Assembly: GCA_965216635.1 (NCBI GenBank)
Contig: OZ244188.1
Span: 512,001-576,000 of the forward strand
Length of the DNA stretch: 64,000 bases
Source: a bacterium
GTDB lineage: Bacteria; SAR324; XYD2-FULL-50-16; G965216635
Reading direction: 5' to 3'
Position numbers and translations under genes: made by a program
The notes under the pieces: generated by a model
Told to the model about the DNA's origin: nothing
Databases searched by the model: none
What the model saw: the letters and a program-made list of their open reading frames with translations, nothing else
Shown here: positions 31,281 through 41,735 of the stretch, one piece after another
Numbering within the stretch: position 1 is the stretch's first letter
How the letters are laid out: the number at the start of each line of letters is the position of its first letter

Positions 31281-33947
31281 TTACTTGGGTTTGATAAAAT
31301 TTCTTAACACCGTATGCAATATCCCTTGATTTCTATAGTATTCTAATTCTACAGGAGTATCTAGTCTGCAAAGCACTGGAATAGATTTATCATCAGCCAT
31401 TAAAGTAAGTTGCTGTTTAGGTTGTAATTCGTCGTTGAGCTCTGCCAAAGAAAAAATTTCTTTACCATTTATCCCGTAGTCACTCGCTACCTTTTGTTCT
31501 AAAAATTGTAAGGGCAAAACTCCCATGCCTATTAAATTAGAGCGATGGATTCTCTCAAAACTAGAAGCAATGACTGCTTTCACTCCTAGAAGGAGAGCTC
31601 CCTTCGCAGCCCAATCTCTGGAAGAGCCTGTGCCATATTCCGTACCAGCAATAACGATAAGAGGAGTTCCATCTTTTTTATATTTTTCTGCTGCCTCAAA
31701 AACACTCATCACTTCTTCTGTTGGAAAATAAGTTGTGAAACCTCCTTCTGTTTCAGGAGCTAATTGGTTTTTGATGCGAATATTTGCAAAAGTTCCTCTC
31801 GTCATCACTCTATCGTTGCCTCTTCTGGATCCGTAGGAGTTAAAATTTTCAGGAGAAATATTTTTTTGCACAAGGTATTTACCCGCTGGTGTATCTTCTT
31901 TAAAAGCCCCTGCTGGTGAAATATGATCTGTGGTTACCGAATTTCCTAAAAGCAGTAAAGCTCTTGCTTTTTCTATGGGTTGAATTTCAGGTGTCTCTTT
32001 GGGTAGGTTTTCAAAAAAAGGAGGGTTTTGAATGTAGGTAGAGTTTTCATTCCATTCAAAAACTTGGTTTTCTTTAGCTTTTAAACTGCTCCAATCTTCA
32101 GAAACATTTTGAGAGCTACCGTAACGCGAGCGATACATTTGAGGAGTAATCACAGATTCTAGTTCTGTAATTTCTGCTTTACTGTACCAAATATCTTTTA
32201 AAAAAATATTTTTTCCTTCTGTATTTTTTCCTAGTGGCTCTTTTTCAAAATCTATATCAATCCTACCAGCTATAGCATAGGCTACTACTAAAGGAGGGCT
32301 TGCTAAAAAATTTGCTTTGATTTCTCCGTGAATTCTGCCTTCAAAATTTCTATTCCCAGATAAAACAGAAGTAACAACTAAATTTTCTTTGGCTATGGCT
32401 TGTGAGATTTTTTCATCCAAAGGTCCAGAATTACCAATACAGGTGGTGCAACCATAACCGACAGTATAAAAACCTATTTTATTTAAGTAGTTTTGTAACC
32501 CAGAGGCTTTTAGATAATCGGTGACAACTCTAGAACCGGGAGCTAAAGAAGTTTTGACCCATTCTTTTTTTTTTAGTCCTAATTCATAAGCTTTTTTAGC
32601 AACTATTCCCGCAGCTATCATTACGGAAGGATTGCTGGTATTTGTGCAAGAAGTAATAGCTGCCACAACAACAGAGCCTTGCTGTAAAGAAGAAGCAGTA
32701 TCTGCTATAGGTGATTGTTTTGTTTTTTCTGTATCCTTGAGTTGATAACCTCTTTCAGAAGTAGGGCGAGAGAGTATTTCATTCCATTCTTCAGGTAAAT
32801 TTTTAAGGGCTATTCTATCTTGAGGTCTTTTAGGTCCCGCCACCGATGGCTCTACTGTGGAAAGATCTAATTCTAAAGTATCGCTAAAAGTAGGATTTGT
32901 AGTAGCATCCGTTCTAAAAATCCCTTGAGCTTTGCAATAGGCAGATACTCTTTGTATCACTTCCGAAGAGCGTCCCGTTCTTTCTAAGTATTGTAGAGTT
33001 ATTTCATCTATTGGGAAATAACTCATCGTAGATCCAAATTCTGGTGACATATTAGAAATAGTAGCTCTATCAGCCAGACTAAGATTAGAAATTCCACTAC
33101 CAAAAAACTCTATAAATTTTTCTACGACTCCTTTATTTCTTAAAATTTCGGTAATTTTTAAAACTAGGTCTGTGGATGTAACTCCAGCTTGTAAAGATCC
33201 AGAAATTTTAAAACCAATCACTTCTGGGATTTTTATATAGATAGGTTGACCGAGCATAGCCGACTCTGCTTCTATGCCTCCGACTCCCCAGCCTAAAACT
33301 CCAATTCCGTTAATCATAGTAGTATGAGAATCTGTGCCTACGAGGGTATCAGAATAACAAATACCATCTTTTTCAATAACGCACGTTGCTAGATGCTCTA
33401 AATTGATCTGGTGAATAATTCCAGCACCTGGGGGATAAACTCTAAAGTTTTTAAAAGCCTTTTCGCCCCATTTGATGAATTTATATCTTTCTTGGTTTCT
33501 TTCAAATTCTAGTGCCATATTTTTTTCTATAGAATCTGCAGTGCCTGAAAAATCTACTTGGACAGAATGGTCTATAATTAAATCTACGGGAATTTGAGGA
33601 TTAATCAGGCTAGGGTCTGCTCCTAATTTTAGCATAGAACTTCTTAAAGATGCCAAATCTACTAAACTAGGAACTCCTGTAAAATCTTGTAAAACTATAC
33701 GAGAAGGAAAAAAAGGAATTTCTGCGGTCTCTGTGCTAGTTTTTTCCCAGTTACTCAAGTTTTCTATATCTAGCTCTTTTACTTTAAAACCATCTAATTT
33801 TCGCAGAGCCTGTTCTAGTAAAATTTTAATGGAAAAAGGTAAGTGCTGAATATCACCCACTCCTGTTTTTTCCAGTTCTTCTAAAGAATGGTATTGGTAG
33901 GTTTTTTCAGCGACAGAAAGTTTTTGCAATGTATTATGATTTTTCAT
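31281..33947 (-). CDS. acnA: Aconitate hydratase A
   Basis: LQDFTGVP, GTDSHT, ITSCTNTSNP, GCTTCIGNSG, GSSRDWAAKG. Confidence 0.97.
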   Translation of the reverse strand: MKNHNTLQKLSVAEKTYQYHSLEELEKTGVGDIQHLPFSIKILLEQALRKLDGFKVKELDIENLSNWEKTSTETAEIPFFPSRIVLQDFTGVPSLVDLASLRSSMLKLGADPSLINPQIPVDLIIDHSVQVDFSGTADSIEKNMALEFERNQERYKFIKWGEKAFKNFRVYPPGAGIIHQINLEHLATCVIEKDGICYSDTLVGTDSHTTMINGIGVLGWGVGGIEAESAMLGQPIYIKIPEVIGFKISGSLQAGVTSTDLVLKITEILRNKGVVEKFIEFFGSGISNLSLADRATISNMSPEFGSTMSYFPIDEITLQYLERTGRSSEVIQRVSAYCKAQGIFRTDATTNPTFSDTLELDLSTVEPSVAGPKRPQDRIALKNLPEEWNEILSRPTSERGYQLKDTEKTKQSPIADTASSLQQGSVVVAAITSCTNTSNPSVMIAAGIVAKKAYELGLKKKEWVKTSLAPGSRVVTDYLKASGLQNYLNKIGFYTVGYGCTTCIGNSGPLDEKISQAIAKENLVVTSVLSGNRNFEGRIHGEIKANFLASPPLVVAYAIAGRIDIDFEKEPLGKNTEGKNIFLKDIWYSKAEITELESVITPQMYRSRYGSSQNVSEDWSSLKAKENQVFEWNENSTYIQNPPFFENLPKETPEIQPIEKARALLLLGNSVTTDHISPAGAFKEDTPAGKYLVQKNISPENFNSYGSRRGNDRVMTRGTFANIRIKNQLAPETEGGFTTYFPTEEVMSVFEAAEKYKKDGTPLIVIAGTEYGTGSSRDWAAKGALLLGVKAVIASSFERIHRSNLIGMGVLPLQFLEQKVASDYGINGKEIFSLAELNDELQPKQQLTLMADDKSIPVLCRLDTPVELEYYRNQGILHTVLRNFIKPK

Positions 33948-34098
33948 AGTGGTTTTAAGTGTGTTGAAAATTTGAGTCGTAAAGACTATGTGAGTATAGT
34001 CAATATAAATAAATTTGTCAAATACTGAAGCATTGAAACGACAAATTCAGCAAAACTAAAAAGTATTTCCAAACAGACTACTATTTTTAAAAAGCAAG

Positions 34099-35352
34099 TT
34101 AACTCAAAAGGGGAGTTTTTAAAATGGAGTTTTCTACAGCCAATTCAGTATTTTTTGTTACCTTGTCGTAATATTTCTCGCAGGATTTTATAAAGTCTTG
34201 TTTTTTGACTTCTGAACCAAGAACATCAGAGTCTGGAAAAAAACTTTTATGAAAACCTTTTAGCACTAAATCTTTGAATTGCTTAGGACTAAAAGAATAA
34301 CCTTCCCTCGCCAACATCAATTCATCAGTGATGGTAGTTTTAGATACTGTCCTATTGTCGCTACATATAATTATATCCAAATTATTTTCAAGCATTTGAA
34401 TATAGCTATGGTTTTGGATTTTTTTAATTTTGGGTAAAGTTTGCAAATTACTCGTCAAGCAAACTTCAATCGGGATTTTTTTTCTACGAATTGTCCCAAC
34501 CAGTGAGTCAATAAATTTTTGTTTATTTTTTATTTCAAGCAACAGATTTGTATCAAAAAGAGCAGTGCCGTGTCCGATTCTTGTTGCTCCTAGTAATCGG
34601 ACAGCATCGTAGATAGATTGAGCACTAGCAGCCTCTCCAGCGTGCACTATTTTTTGTAGACAATGCTCTTTTGCTATATTGAATGCTTCTTGAAAATCTC
34701 CACAAGGATTTCCAAATTCTGCTCCCGCCAGATCTAAGGCAACTATTGGAACACCCTTTTCTCTCGCTAAAAGAGCACAGCGAATTTGTTCTAAAGAAGC
34801 AGTTTTTGCTATTTGTTTTTCAGAAAGATTAGGTAGAGATTCAAAAATTTTGCGGTAATGCTCCGACCACTTGCCTACACTTCTCAAAATGCAAACTATC
34901 ATAGCGTAATGAAAATTTACTTCTTTCCCTGTTTGATTGTTGTATTCTTTTTTTGCTTTTTCTAAGCCACGATGGATGGATTGCAGTGCATCTAAATTAG
35001 ATTGGATACTGTTAGAAACTAAAAGAGGATCCATACGCACTTCTATGTATTTTATACCTTCTTCTTGGCAATCTATGGCTAATTCATAAGCTATTCTTTC
35101 TAAGTTTTCTGGCGTTTGCATAACTGCACAAGAATAGCCAAAAGTTTTCAGATATTCTTCTAAGTTATTGTAATTGTCTTTAAAAAGAGTTTTTTCTAAT
35201 CCTTCTTGGGTATAACTCGGAAGTTTGATTTTTTGCTCCTTAGCCAATTCTATAATAGTGCCTAAGCGAATAGAACCATCCAAGTGTAAATGAATGTCTT
35301 GTTTAGGAAGCTTTTGGATTAAATTTTTAAAGTTTGCCATTAGATTTGTCAT
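34099..35352 (-). CDS. add: Adenosine deaminase family protein
   Basis: LPK.DIHLHLDGS, HAGE, RIGHG, EVCLTSN, SD; start moved to ATG 35352 to avoid overlap with ALDH. Confidence 0.88.
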   Translation of the reverse strand: MTNLMANFKNLIQKLPKQDIHLHLDGSIRLGTIIELAKEQKIKLPSYTQEGLEKTLFKDNYNNLEEYLKTFGYSCAVMQTPENLERIAYELAIDCQEEGIKYIEVRMDPLLVSNSIQSNLDALQSIHRGLEKAKKEYNNQTGKEVNFHYAMIVCILRSVGKWSEHYRKIFESLPNLSEKQIAKTASLEQIRCALLAREKGVPIVALDLAGAEFGNPCGDFQEAFNIAKEHCLQKIVHAGEAASAQSIYDAVRLLGATRIGHGTALFDTNLLLEIKNKQKFIDSLVGTIRRKKIPIEVCLTSNLQTLPKIKKIQNHSYIQMLENNLDIIICSDNRTVSKTTITDELMLAREGYSFSPKQFKDLVLKGFHKSFFPDSDVLGSEVKKQDFIKSCEKYYDKVTKNTELAVENSILKTPLLS

Positions 35353-35449
35353 TTTTAAATGCCCGAAAATTGATTCTAGCTTTTTTTTTTTTAATAGAAT
35401 ATAGTTATTTTTGATTGTTATACTAACTTTTAACTTTAAAATACATATA

Positions 35450-36889
35450 ATGCAAAACATATACAAAAACTTTGTCAACGGGGAATGGATTGGAGGAACG
35501 CAAGAAAAACCTAATATCAATCCATCCAAAATAACAGAAACAATTGGTATTTCTCTTTTAGCCGATAGCTCTCTTGTAGAAAAAGCAGTAGAAGGAGCTT
35601 GTGAAGCTCAACCAAAATGGGAGGCAACAAACATTGAAGCACGTTGCGATATTTTATTAAAAGTAGGAAATGAGATTATTTCTCGGAAAGAAGAATTAGG
35701 AGAAATACTTGCTAAAGAAGAAGGAAAAACTCTTAAAGAAGGTATCGGTGAGGTAGATAGGGCTGGAAGATTTTTTCAATACTATTCTGCAGAAGCTCTC
35801 AGAAATATAGGAGATTTTGCAGATTCTGTTCGCAATGGCGTAGAAATAGAAGTGATTCGTTCTGCGGTAGGTGTTGCTTTGCTCATTTCTCCTTGGAATT
35901 TTCCTTCTGCTATACCTGCGTGGAAAATAGCTCCAGCCTTAGCTTTTGGGAACAGCTTTATTTTAAAACCAGCTGGACTTACACCTGCCAGTGCTCATAT
36001 CTTGATGGATATTATTCATCGTGCAGGAGTTCCAGCGGGTGCTGCTCAAATGCTTTTGGGAGCAGGTAGCACTGTTGGAAATCAATTACTACAGAACGAA
36101 AAAATAGATGCAGTTAGTTTTACTGGTTCTTTAGATACAGGTAGAATTATAGCCAAAGAATCGGCTGCGCATCTACGTCCATTCCAGTTAGAAATGGGTA
36201 GTAAAAATGCTTTGGTTGTTTTGGACGATGGCAATTTAGAAAATGCAGTAGCCTGCGCTATTAGTGGTGCTTTTTTCAGTACAGGGCAAAAATGCACCGC
36301 TACTTCTAGGATTATTGTCACCGAAAAAATTTACGATTCTTTTAAGAAAAAATTTATAGAAGAAGCTGCCAAAATTAAGGTAGGTGATGCTTTAGCCCCC
36401 GATAGTCAGATGGGTCCCTGTGTCAGCGAGCAGCAATTAGAAAAAAATAATGAATACCTCAAAATCGCTCAAGACGAAGGAGCGAAACTTGTTTTTCAAG
36501 GAAAGCTAGAAAATTTAGAATCTAAAGGCTATTATTTTAGCCCTGTCATTTTTGATGAAACTCACAGTGAGATGAGAATAAATCGCGAAGAAGTGTTCGG
36601 CCCTATCACCTGTTTAATAAAGGTAAAAAATTATGAAGAAGCACTTCAAGCCTGTAATCATACTCATTTTGGATTAACAACTTCCATAATTACTTCATCT
36701 TTAAAATATGCAACCCATTTCAAACGCAACGCACAGGCTGGCTGTGTGATGGTGAATCTGCCTACTACTGGAGCAGACTACCATGTGCCTTTTGGAGGAG
36801 CTAAACTTTCTTCTTACGGACCTAGAGAGCAAGGACAGTATGCTAGAGAATTTTATACCAAAATTAAAACTGCTTATTTAAAAGCATAA
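35450..36889 (+). CDS. Aldehyde dehydrogenase (2,5-dioxopentanoate dehydrogenase-like)
   Basis: PWNFP, FTGS, LEMGSKN, GQKCTA, EEVFGP, PFGG. Confidence 0.92.
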   Translation: MQNIYKNFVNGEWIGGTQEKPNINPSKITETIGISLLADSSLVEKAVEGACEAQPKWEATNIEARCDILLKVGNEIISRKEELGEILAKEEGKTLKEGIGEVDRAGRFFQYYSAEALRNIGDFADSVRNGVEIEVIRSAVGVALLISPWNFPSAIPAWKIAPALAFGNSFILKPAGLTPASAHILMDIIHRAGVPAGAAQMLLGAGSTVGNQLLQNEKIDAVSFTGSLDTGRIIAKESAAHLRPFQLEMGSKNALVVLDDGNLENAVACAISGAFFSTGQKCTATSRIIVTEKIYDSFKKKFIEEAAKIKVGDALAPDSQMGPCVSEQQLEKNNEYLKIAQDEGAKLVFQGKLENLESKGYYFSPVIFDETHSEMRINREEVFGPITCLIKVKNYEEALQACNHTHFGLTTSIITSSLKYATHFKRNAQAGCVMVNLPTTGADYHVPFGGAKLSSYGPREQGQYAREFYTKIKTAYLKA

Positions 36890-36951
36890 AATTGTAAAAA
36901 ATTTTGCTTGTAAAAATCAAGAAATGAGAATAGGCTGATTTAAAAAAAAAT

Positions 36952-37326
36952 ATGAAATTTAATATAGCTATTGGAGTTATCAATATTATACTTTTTATTG
37001 TATGGTTTTTTATGATTGTGTGGGAATTTTCTTTTCCTTCAGAAACTAAATATTTTGTCAATGTTTTTGCAGTATTATTTTCTGTACTAGCTTTGTTTAT
37101 TGCGGGTCTTGGTATTTGGATTGGATTGTTGGCTATTTTTGGTTATAATCAAATTATCAAAATAGCAGAAGATAAAGCAGAAGAAGCAGCAGAAAACAAA
37201 GTAAGTGAGTATTTTAGAGTGAAAAAGTATTTAAGTTTGAAAATGGAAGATGGAAAATTTACTTTAAATTTAGAAAAACCGCAAGCACAAAAAAAGAAAA
37301 AAGAACTAAAACCAGTTAAAAAATAA
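36952..37326 (+). CDS. Hypothetical membrane protein (2 TM plus charged tail)
   Basis: Hydrophobic N-terminal half; coupled to ImmA/IrrE gene. Confidence 0.6.
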   Translation: MKFNIAIGVINIILFIVWFFMIVWEFSFPSETKYFVNVFAVLFSVLALFIAGLGIWIGLLAIFGYNQIIKIAEDKAEEAAENKVSEYFRVKKYLSLKMEDGKFTLNLEKPQAQKKKKELKPVKK

Positions 37327-37334
37327 AATAAAAA

Positions 37335-37829
37335 ATGGATAAAGAACAATATGAAAAGATAATTCAGAAATATCGGAAGGATTATCCTGTAGAAATAGTT
37401 GGATTGGCAAACAAGCTAGGAATAGAAGTATTTGAAACAGATGACTGGAAAGACAAGCCTATTTCAGGTTCTATTTTAAGAAATAAAAGCCATGGTTTAA
37501 AAAATGGCAAGTACACCTATACTTGTTACGTCAACGCTTCTCACTCTGATGCAAGAAAAAGATTTACTATCGCCCACGAAATAGCTCATTTTATCTTACA
37601 TCGTGATGAAATTGGTGACGGTATTATAGACGATGCTTTATTTAGAAGTAGTTTGAGTACTATAATTGAAGTGCAAGCCAATCAGTTAGCAGCCGACCTC
37701 CTTATGCCTAGGGCGTTAATTCAACAATCTATAGATGCAGGCAACAAAACAATACCAGAATTAGCAAAATCTTTAAATGTTTCTAAAAGTGCTATGTCTA
37801 TTAGATTAGGTATACCTTGCGACGACTAA
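37335..37829 (+). CDS. ImmA/IrrE family metallo-endopeptidase
   Basis: RKRFTIAHEIAH (HExxH), E.QAN..AA.LLMP. Confidence 0.9.
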   Translation: MDKEQYEKIIQKYRKDYPVEIVGLANKLGIEVFETDDWKDKPISGSILRNKSHGLKNGKYTYTCYVNASHSDARKRFTIAHEIAHFILHRDEIGDGIIDDALFRSSLSTIIEVQANQLAADLLMPRALIQQSIDAGNKTIPELAKSLNVSKSAMSIRLGIPCDD

Positions 37830-37848
37830 TTGGATTTCATAAAAAGTA

Positions 37849-38841
37849 GTGAAAAACAACAAAATATATATAGACGGGCTGCAATGCAGTCCTATGAAAA
37901 GAGACTATTTTGAAGAAGCCAGAAACGCAGGTTTGGATTTAATCCATTTGACAGTTGTTTTTTGGGAAAATATCTCCGATAGTATGCGGCTTTTGGGAGA
38001 TTGGTTTCGCTTTTTAGATAGAAATTCCGACTTGCTGCAACCAGCCACAAACGTAAACGGACTAAAAAGAGCTATTGGTGAAGAAAAATTGGCTATTATG
38101 TTTGGCTTTCAAAACTGCTCCCCTATTGAAAACAATATTGACATGGTAGAAATTTACCGCCGTTTGAACGTTGGGGTGATGCAATTTTCCTACAACAATC
38201 AAACTGTTTTGTGTGGAGGTTGTTATGAAAAAGAAGATTCAGGATTGAGTCGTTTTGGCAAGGCAGTGATTAAAGAAATGAACCGCGTAGGAATGATTAT
38301 AGATATGTCCCACAGCGGAAATAAATCTACACTAGAAGCCATAGAATATTCCCAAAGACCCATTGCCATTACGCACGCCGAGAGTCTTAATTTTCAAACA
38401 GCCATTCGCAATAAAGAAGATGCCACTCTCAAAGCACTAGCTGAATCTGGTGGAATTTTGGGGTTGAGTTTTTATCCGTTCCATTTAAAAAACAAATCAG
38501 AGTGCAAAATTACAGAAATGGTAGATGAAATCAAACGGCTCATTGATTTGATGGGCATAGATGCTATTGCTATTGGATCTGATATTTTTCAAGAAAGAAC
38601 AAACGAAGAATTGGAATATTTACGCAACGGTTCTTGGACGAAAGAACTGGATTATGGAGAAGGAAGTGCAGCACAAAGCGGATGGCCCCAACCTGTAAAG
38701 TGGCTACAAAGAATTTCCGATTTTGCAAATTTAGAATCTTTGTTTGTGAAAAATGGATTGAGCGAAACAGAAGCAGAAAAAGTACTAGGAAAAAACTGGC
38801 TCACTTTTTACCAAAAATCCTTAAAACCCCTTTGTCTTTAA
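37849..38841 (+). CDS. Membrane dipeptidase (M19) family amidohydrolase
   Basis: IDG, GFQN, EMNRVGM.IDMSH, RNK, IGSD. Confidence 0.88.
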   Translation: MKNNKIYIDGLQCSPMKRDYFEEARNAGLDLIHLTVVFWENISDSMRLLGDWFRFLDRNSDLLQPATNVNGLKRAIGEEKLAIMFGFQNCSPIENNIDMVEIYRRLNVGVMQFSYNNQTVLCGGCYEKEDSGLSRFGKAVIKEMNRVGMIIDMSHSGNKSTLEAIEYSQRPIAITHAESLNFQTAIRNKEDATLKALAESGGILGLSFYPFHLKNKSECKITEMVDEIKRLIDLMGIDAIAIGSDIFQERTNEELEYLRNGSWTKELDYGEGSAAQSGWPQPVKWLQRISDFANLESLFVKNGLSETEAEKVLGKNWLTFYQKSLKPLCL

Positions 38842-38890
38842 TTCATTTCTAAAAACAGGTGCTAAATAATGTCTAAATTTTGCAGAAGTT

Positions 38891-39157
38891 TCACTCAAAA
38901 AATTTAAAGAGAGCTACCAGCAACAAAGTATAGCCTGTTATTAACCCTAAGACCCATTGCAGTAAAACAGTTTTAGTATTTGCTATTTTTTCTATAAGAT
39001 CTGCGTGGATCCTTTCTATTTTAAGGTCAGTATCGCTTTTGTATTTTCCTATTTTTTCTATAAGATCTGTGCTTTTATCTCTTCTTAAAAGTTCTAGCAC
39101 TTGAAAAGCAATTGCTTGATATTCTTTTAGATTGATAGCAGGTGTTTGTTTTTGCAT
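38891..39157 (-). CDS. Small coiled-coil protein with C-terminal TM (CCDC90/DUF1640-like)
   Basis: DLIEKI repeated; K..LLQWV.G tail anchor. Confidence 0.55.
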   Translation of the reverse strand: MQKQTPAINLKEYQAIAFQVLELLRRDKSTDLIEKIGKYKSDTDLKIERIHADLIEKIANTKTVLLQWVLGLITGYTLLLVALFKFFE

Positions 39158-39210
39158 TGTAGTTAAACTATGAATTAGCGTTCTGTTTAGCCAAAAACAG
39201 CCAAAAAAAC

Positions 39211-39454
39211 AAAACTGCAGGGAATTTTATAGCATAACATGTAGAGACGCCCTACAGGGCGTCTATATGATGTGCATAAACCACAAAAAGCTGTTTTTAA
39301 TAAACGTTCTAAATTTATGAGACGCCCATATAGGACGTCTTATACGATGTGCATAAACCACAAAAAGCTGTTTTTAATAAACGTTCTAAATTTATGAGAC
39401 GCCCATATAGGACGTCTCTACAGACCTACATAAAATAAAAAATACCTCCCCGCA
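39211..39454. repeat. REP/BIME-like array, 3 palindromic units (left of OMP gene)
   Basis: GTAGAGACGCCCTACAGGGCGTCT and GAGACGCCCATATAGGACGTCTC units with constant linker, ~77-bp period. Confidence 0.85.
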
Positions 39455-39530
39455 ACGCATTTGTTTTTTTTATTTGCTTTTAAAGTGTTTTTCTGCAATT
39501 ATTTTATAAAAATAAGCAGAAAAAATAAAA

Positions 39531-39773
39531 AACTTTTGAATTAGCGTTCTGTTTAGCCAAAACAAGCTTATTGCTTGACGCTTTTTGTGGGCTATTTGTG
39601 AAACAGCCAAAGGGCTGTTTCACAGTTCATTCTTGCTTAATGCAAGGTTTATAGTGTTTTTTACTACGCCATTAAAAAAAAATTTTAACTCTTGAAATAT
39701 TACATATATTCCTGCGAGCTAAAATTTTTTTTTGCCTTGCCTAGCCGTCACATAACGCAAATTCAAAGGTCTA
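39531..39773. mobile_element. MITE copy
   Basis: ACTTTTGAATTAGCG...AATTCAAAGGTCTA. Confidence 0.8.
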
Positions 39774-39861
39774 TAAAAAACTGCCAACAACCAATGGTTT
39801 GCTATTATTGTTTTTTTCTGTTAATTTTTATTTTAATACTAACTTTTAATTACAAATAATT

Positions 39862-41292
39862 ATGAAAAACATAAATTCCCAAGTTTTAAGGAAAACTTTC
39901 GCGGTTCGTTTTATTTTGGTTCGTTTTACTCTGGCTCGTTTCGTTTTGGCTCGTTTTACTTTGGTTCGTTTCGTTTTGGTAGCTATTCTTATTCCCGCTC
40001 TTCTTATAGGAAGTGCCTTTACTTTTGGAGACAGCAAGCTGCAAGCCCAAGAGGTTCAAAGTAGCCCAAATGGTAGCAGCAAGCTGGGATTTTTCGTTGG
40101 TATTGTCTATCTGAATGGTTTTAAAGTGGATACCACAACACTTGTCACCACAAATAGCACAACCTATACTGACGCTATTACTACAGGCTATAGAATTACT
40201 GGCTCTTCAGACGCAACTTCTACCGTAGAAGTAGGCAGTGGTAATCTTGCCTGGATTAATAATGGAATAGATACTGGAATCAGAGCGTTAGTAAAAGCAA
40301 ACTGTGAAAACCCTAGGATAACAAGTATTGTTTCAGATGGAAAAAATTTCGATATCAGATCCCAAAGCTTCCTTAGCTTTGATCCTGGTAGAAAACCGGA
40401 ATTAAAAGACATTGAGCCCTCTGGAGATGCTACTGTAACTATAGGTGCAACTAGGGGTGACAGCTTTCCTACAGGATTTCGTACTGGAGAAACATCTCAT
40501 TGTTATAGCTACTTTTTCGGTGATCTTTCCTCCGCTAGAAGTTCTATTCCAAACTATCAGATTGCGACTGCAGATTCAGCTCCAGCTCCAACTTCTGTAC
40601 CTGCGGCTCCAACAGCAATCACTAGTAGCAAGAGCGATCAACTTTCTGGTATTGGCTTGCAATTCGGCTTTAGGTGGGAAAAATGGAGAGCCTCCTTGAC
40701 GCACTTCACTGGCAAGGGGGGAGATAACGAGCTCGCCAATACACTAGTTATGGCGGATTATTTTGTAAACAAGGGTCTTTTTGTAGGAGGCGGTCTAGCG
40801 AGTATGAAGCTTACCAATAGTTTAACCAGCGGCTCTGCCACAAGCCCAGCGCTTAGAGTCGGCTATAAACAGAAATTAACCCCCAACCTATCGCTTAATT
40901 TTGGCTTGACGAAGTATATCTCGGGAGTTTCTCTAAAAAATAGTGTTACTACTACTAATAATACTACTGCTAATGCTAATACTAATACCATTGTGTTAGA
41001 CTCTTTTGAAAAAACACAGACTGTACGCGGTGATTCAGCAACAATTGGAATCAACGGTTTTTATGTTTCTGGTGCCCGAAAGCAAGCTGCGGATTTCGTA
41101 GATAATGGAGGTGTAGTGCCAAATCTAGATAGAAGAGTAGAAATAACCCAAGTCCGCAGCAGAACTGTATATATAAACAAAATCCAGATTCCAGCAGGAG
41201 CCTCAGAAACAAACACAGAAACAACCACAGAAACCGCTGCCGAGCTCAAAGCCCCACTCGTCATCAGCATCTCCTTCCATTTGAGTTTTTAA
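39862..41292 (+). CDS. Putative outer-membrane beta-barrel protein with large Thr-rich loops
   Basis: Signal peptide ending LQA-QE, amphipathic strands, C-terminal ISISFHLSF (terminal Phe). Confidence 0.7.
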   Translation: MKNINSQVLRKTFAVRFILVRFTLARFVLARFTLVRFVLVAILIPALLIGSAFTFGDSKLQAQEVQSSPNGSSKLGFFVGIVYLNGFKVDTTTLVTTNSTTYTDAITTGYRITGSSDATSTVEVGSGNLAWINNGIDTGIRALVKANCENPRITSIVSDGKNFDIRSQSFLSFDPGRKPELKDIEPSGDATVTIGATRGDSFPTGFRTGETSHCYSYFFGDLSSARSSIPNYQIATADSAPAPTSVPAAPTAITSSKSDQLSGIGLQFGFRWEKWRASLTHFTGKGGDNELANTLVMADYFVNKGLFVGGGLASMKLTNSLTSGSATSPALRVGYKQKLTPNLSLNFGLTKYISGVSLKNSVTTTNNTTANANTNTIVLDSFEKTQTVRGDSATIGINGFYVSGARKQAADFVDNGGVVPNLDRRVEITQVRSRTVYINKIQIPAGASETNTETTTETAAELKAPLVISISFHLSF

Positions 41293-41298
41293 GAAAAA

Positions 41299-41602
41299 AA
41301 AACTGCAGGGAACATTTTTGTAGAGACGCCCTACAGGGCGTCTTATATGATGTGCATAAACCACAAAAAGCTGTTTTTAATAAACGTTACATGTAGAGAC
41401 GCCCTACAGGGCGTCTTATACGATGTGCATAAACCACAAAAAGCTGTTTTTAATAAACGTTACATGTAGAGACGCCCTACAGGGCGTCTATATGATGTGC
41501 ATAAACCACAAAAAGCTGTTTTTAATAAACGTTCTAAATTTATGAGACGCCCATATAGGACGTCTCTACAGACCTACATAAAATAAAAAATACCTCCCCG
41601 CA
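41299..41602. repeat. REP/BIME-like array, 4 palindromic units (right of OMP gene)
   Basis: Same units, linker and end sequences as 39211-39454, direct orientation. Confidence 0.85.
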
Positions 41603-41735
41603 TTCCCCCAAACCACCTAAAAACAATTAAAATAACAATTAAAAAAACAAAAAATTCTCCTTTTTTCATTTGTTTTTGAAAATTTTTTTAGTTATTCTTG
41701 ACTAGGTTAGCTGATAAATTTTTTTTAATTACTAA

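Noticed and set aside
35353..35529. Overlapping N-terminal extensions of add and ALDH in the ORF track
   Set aside because: Divergent overlap is implausible; family similarity begins at ATG 35352 and ATG 35450
39211..41602. REP arrays as a CRISPR array
   Set aside because: Linkers between palindromes are identical rather than unique spacers, and no cas genes are present
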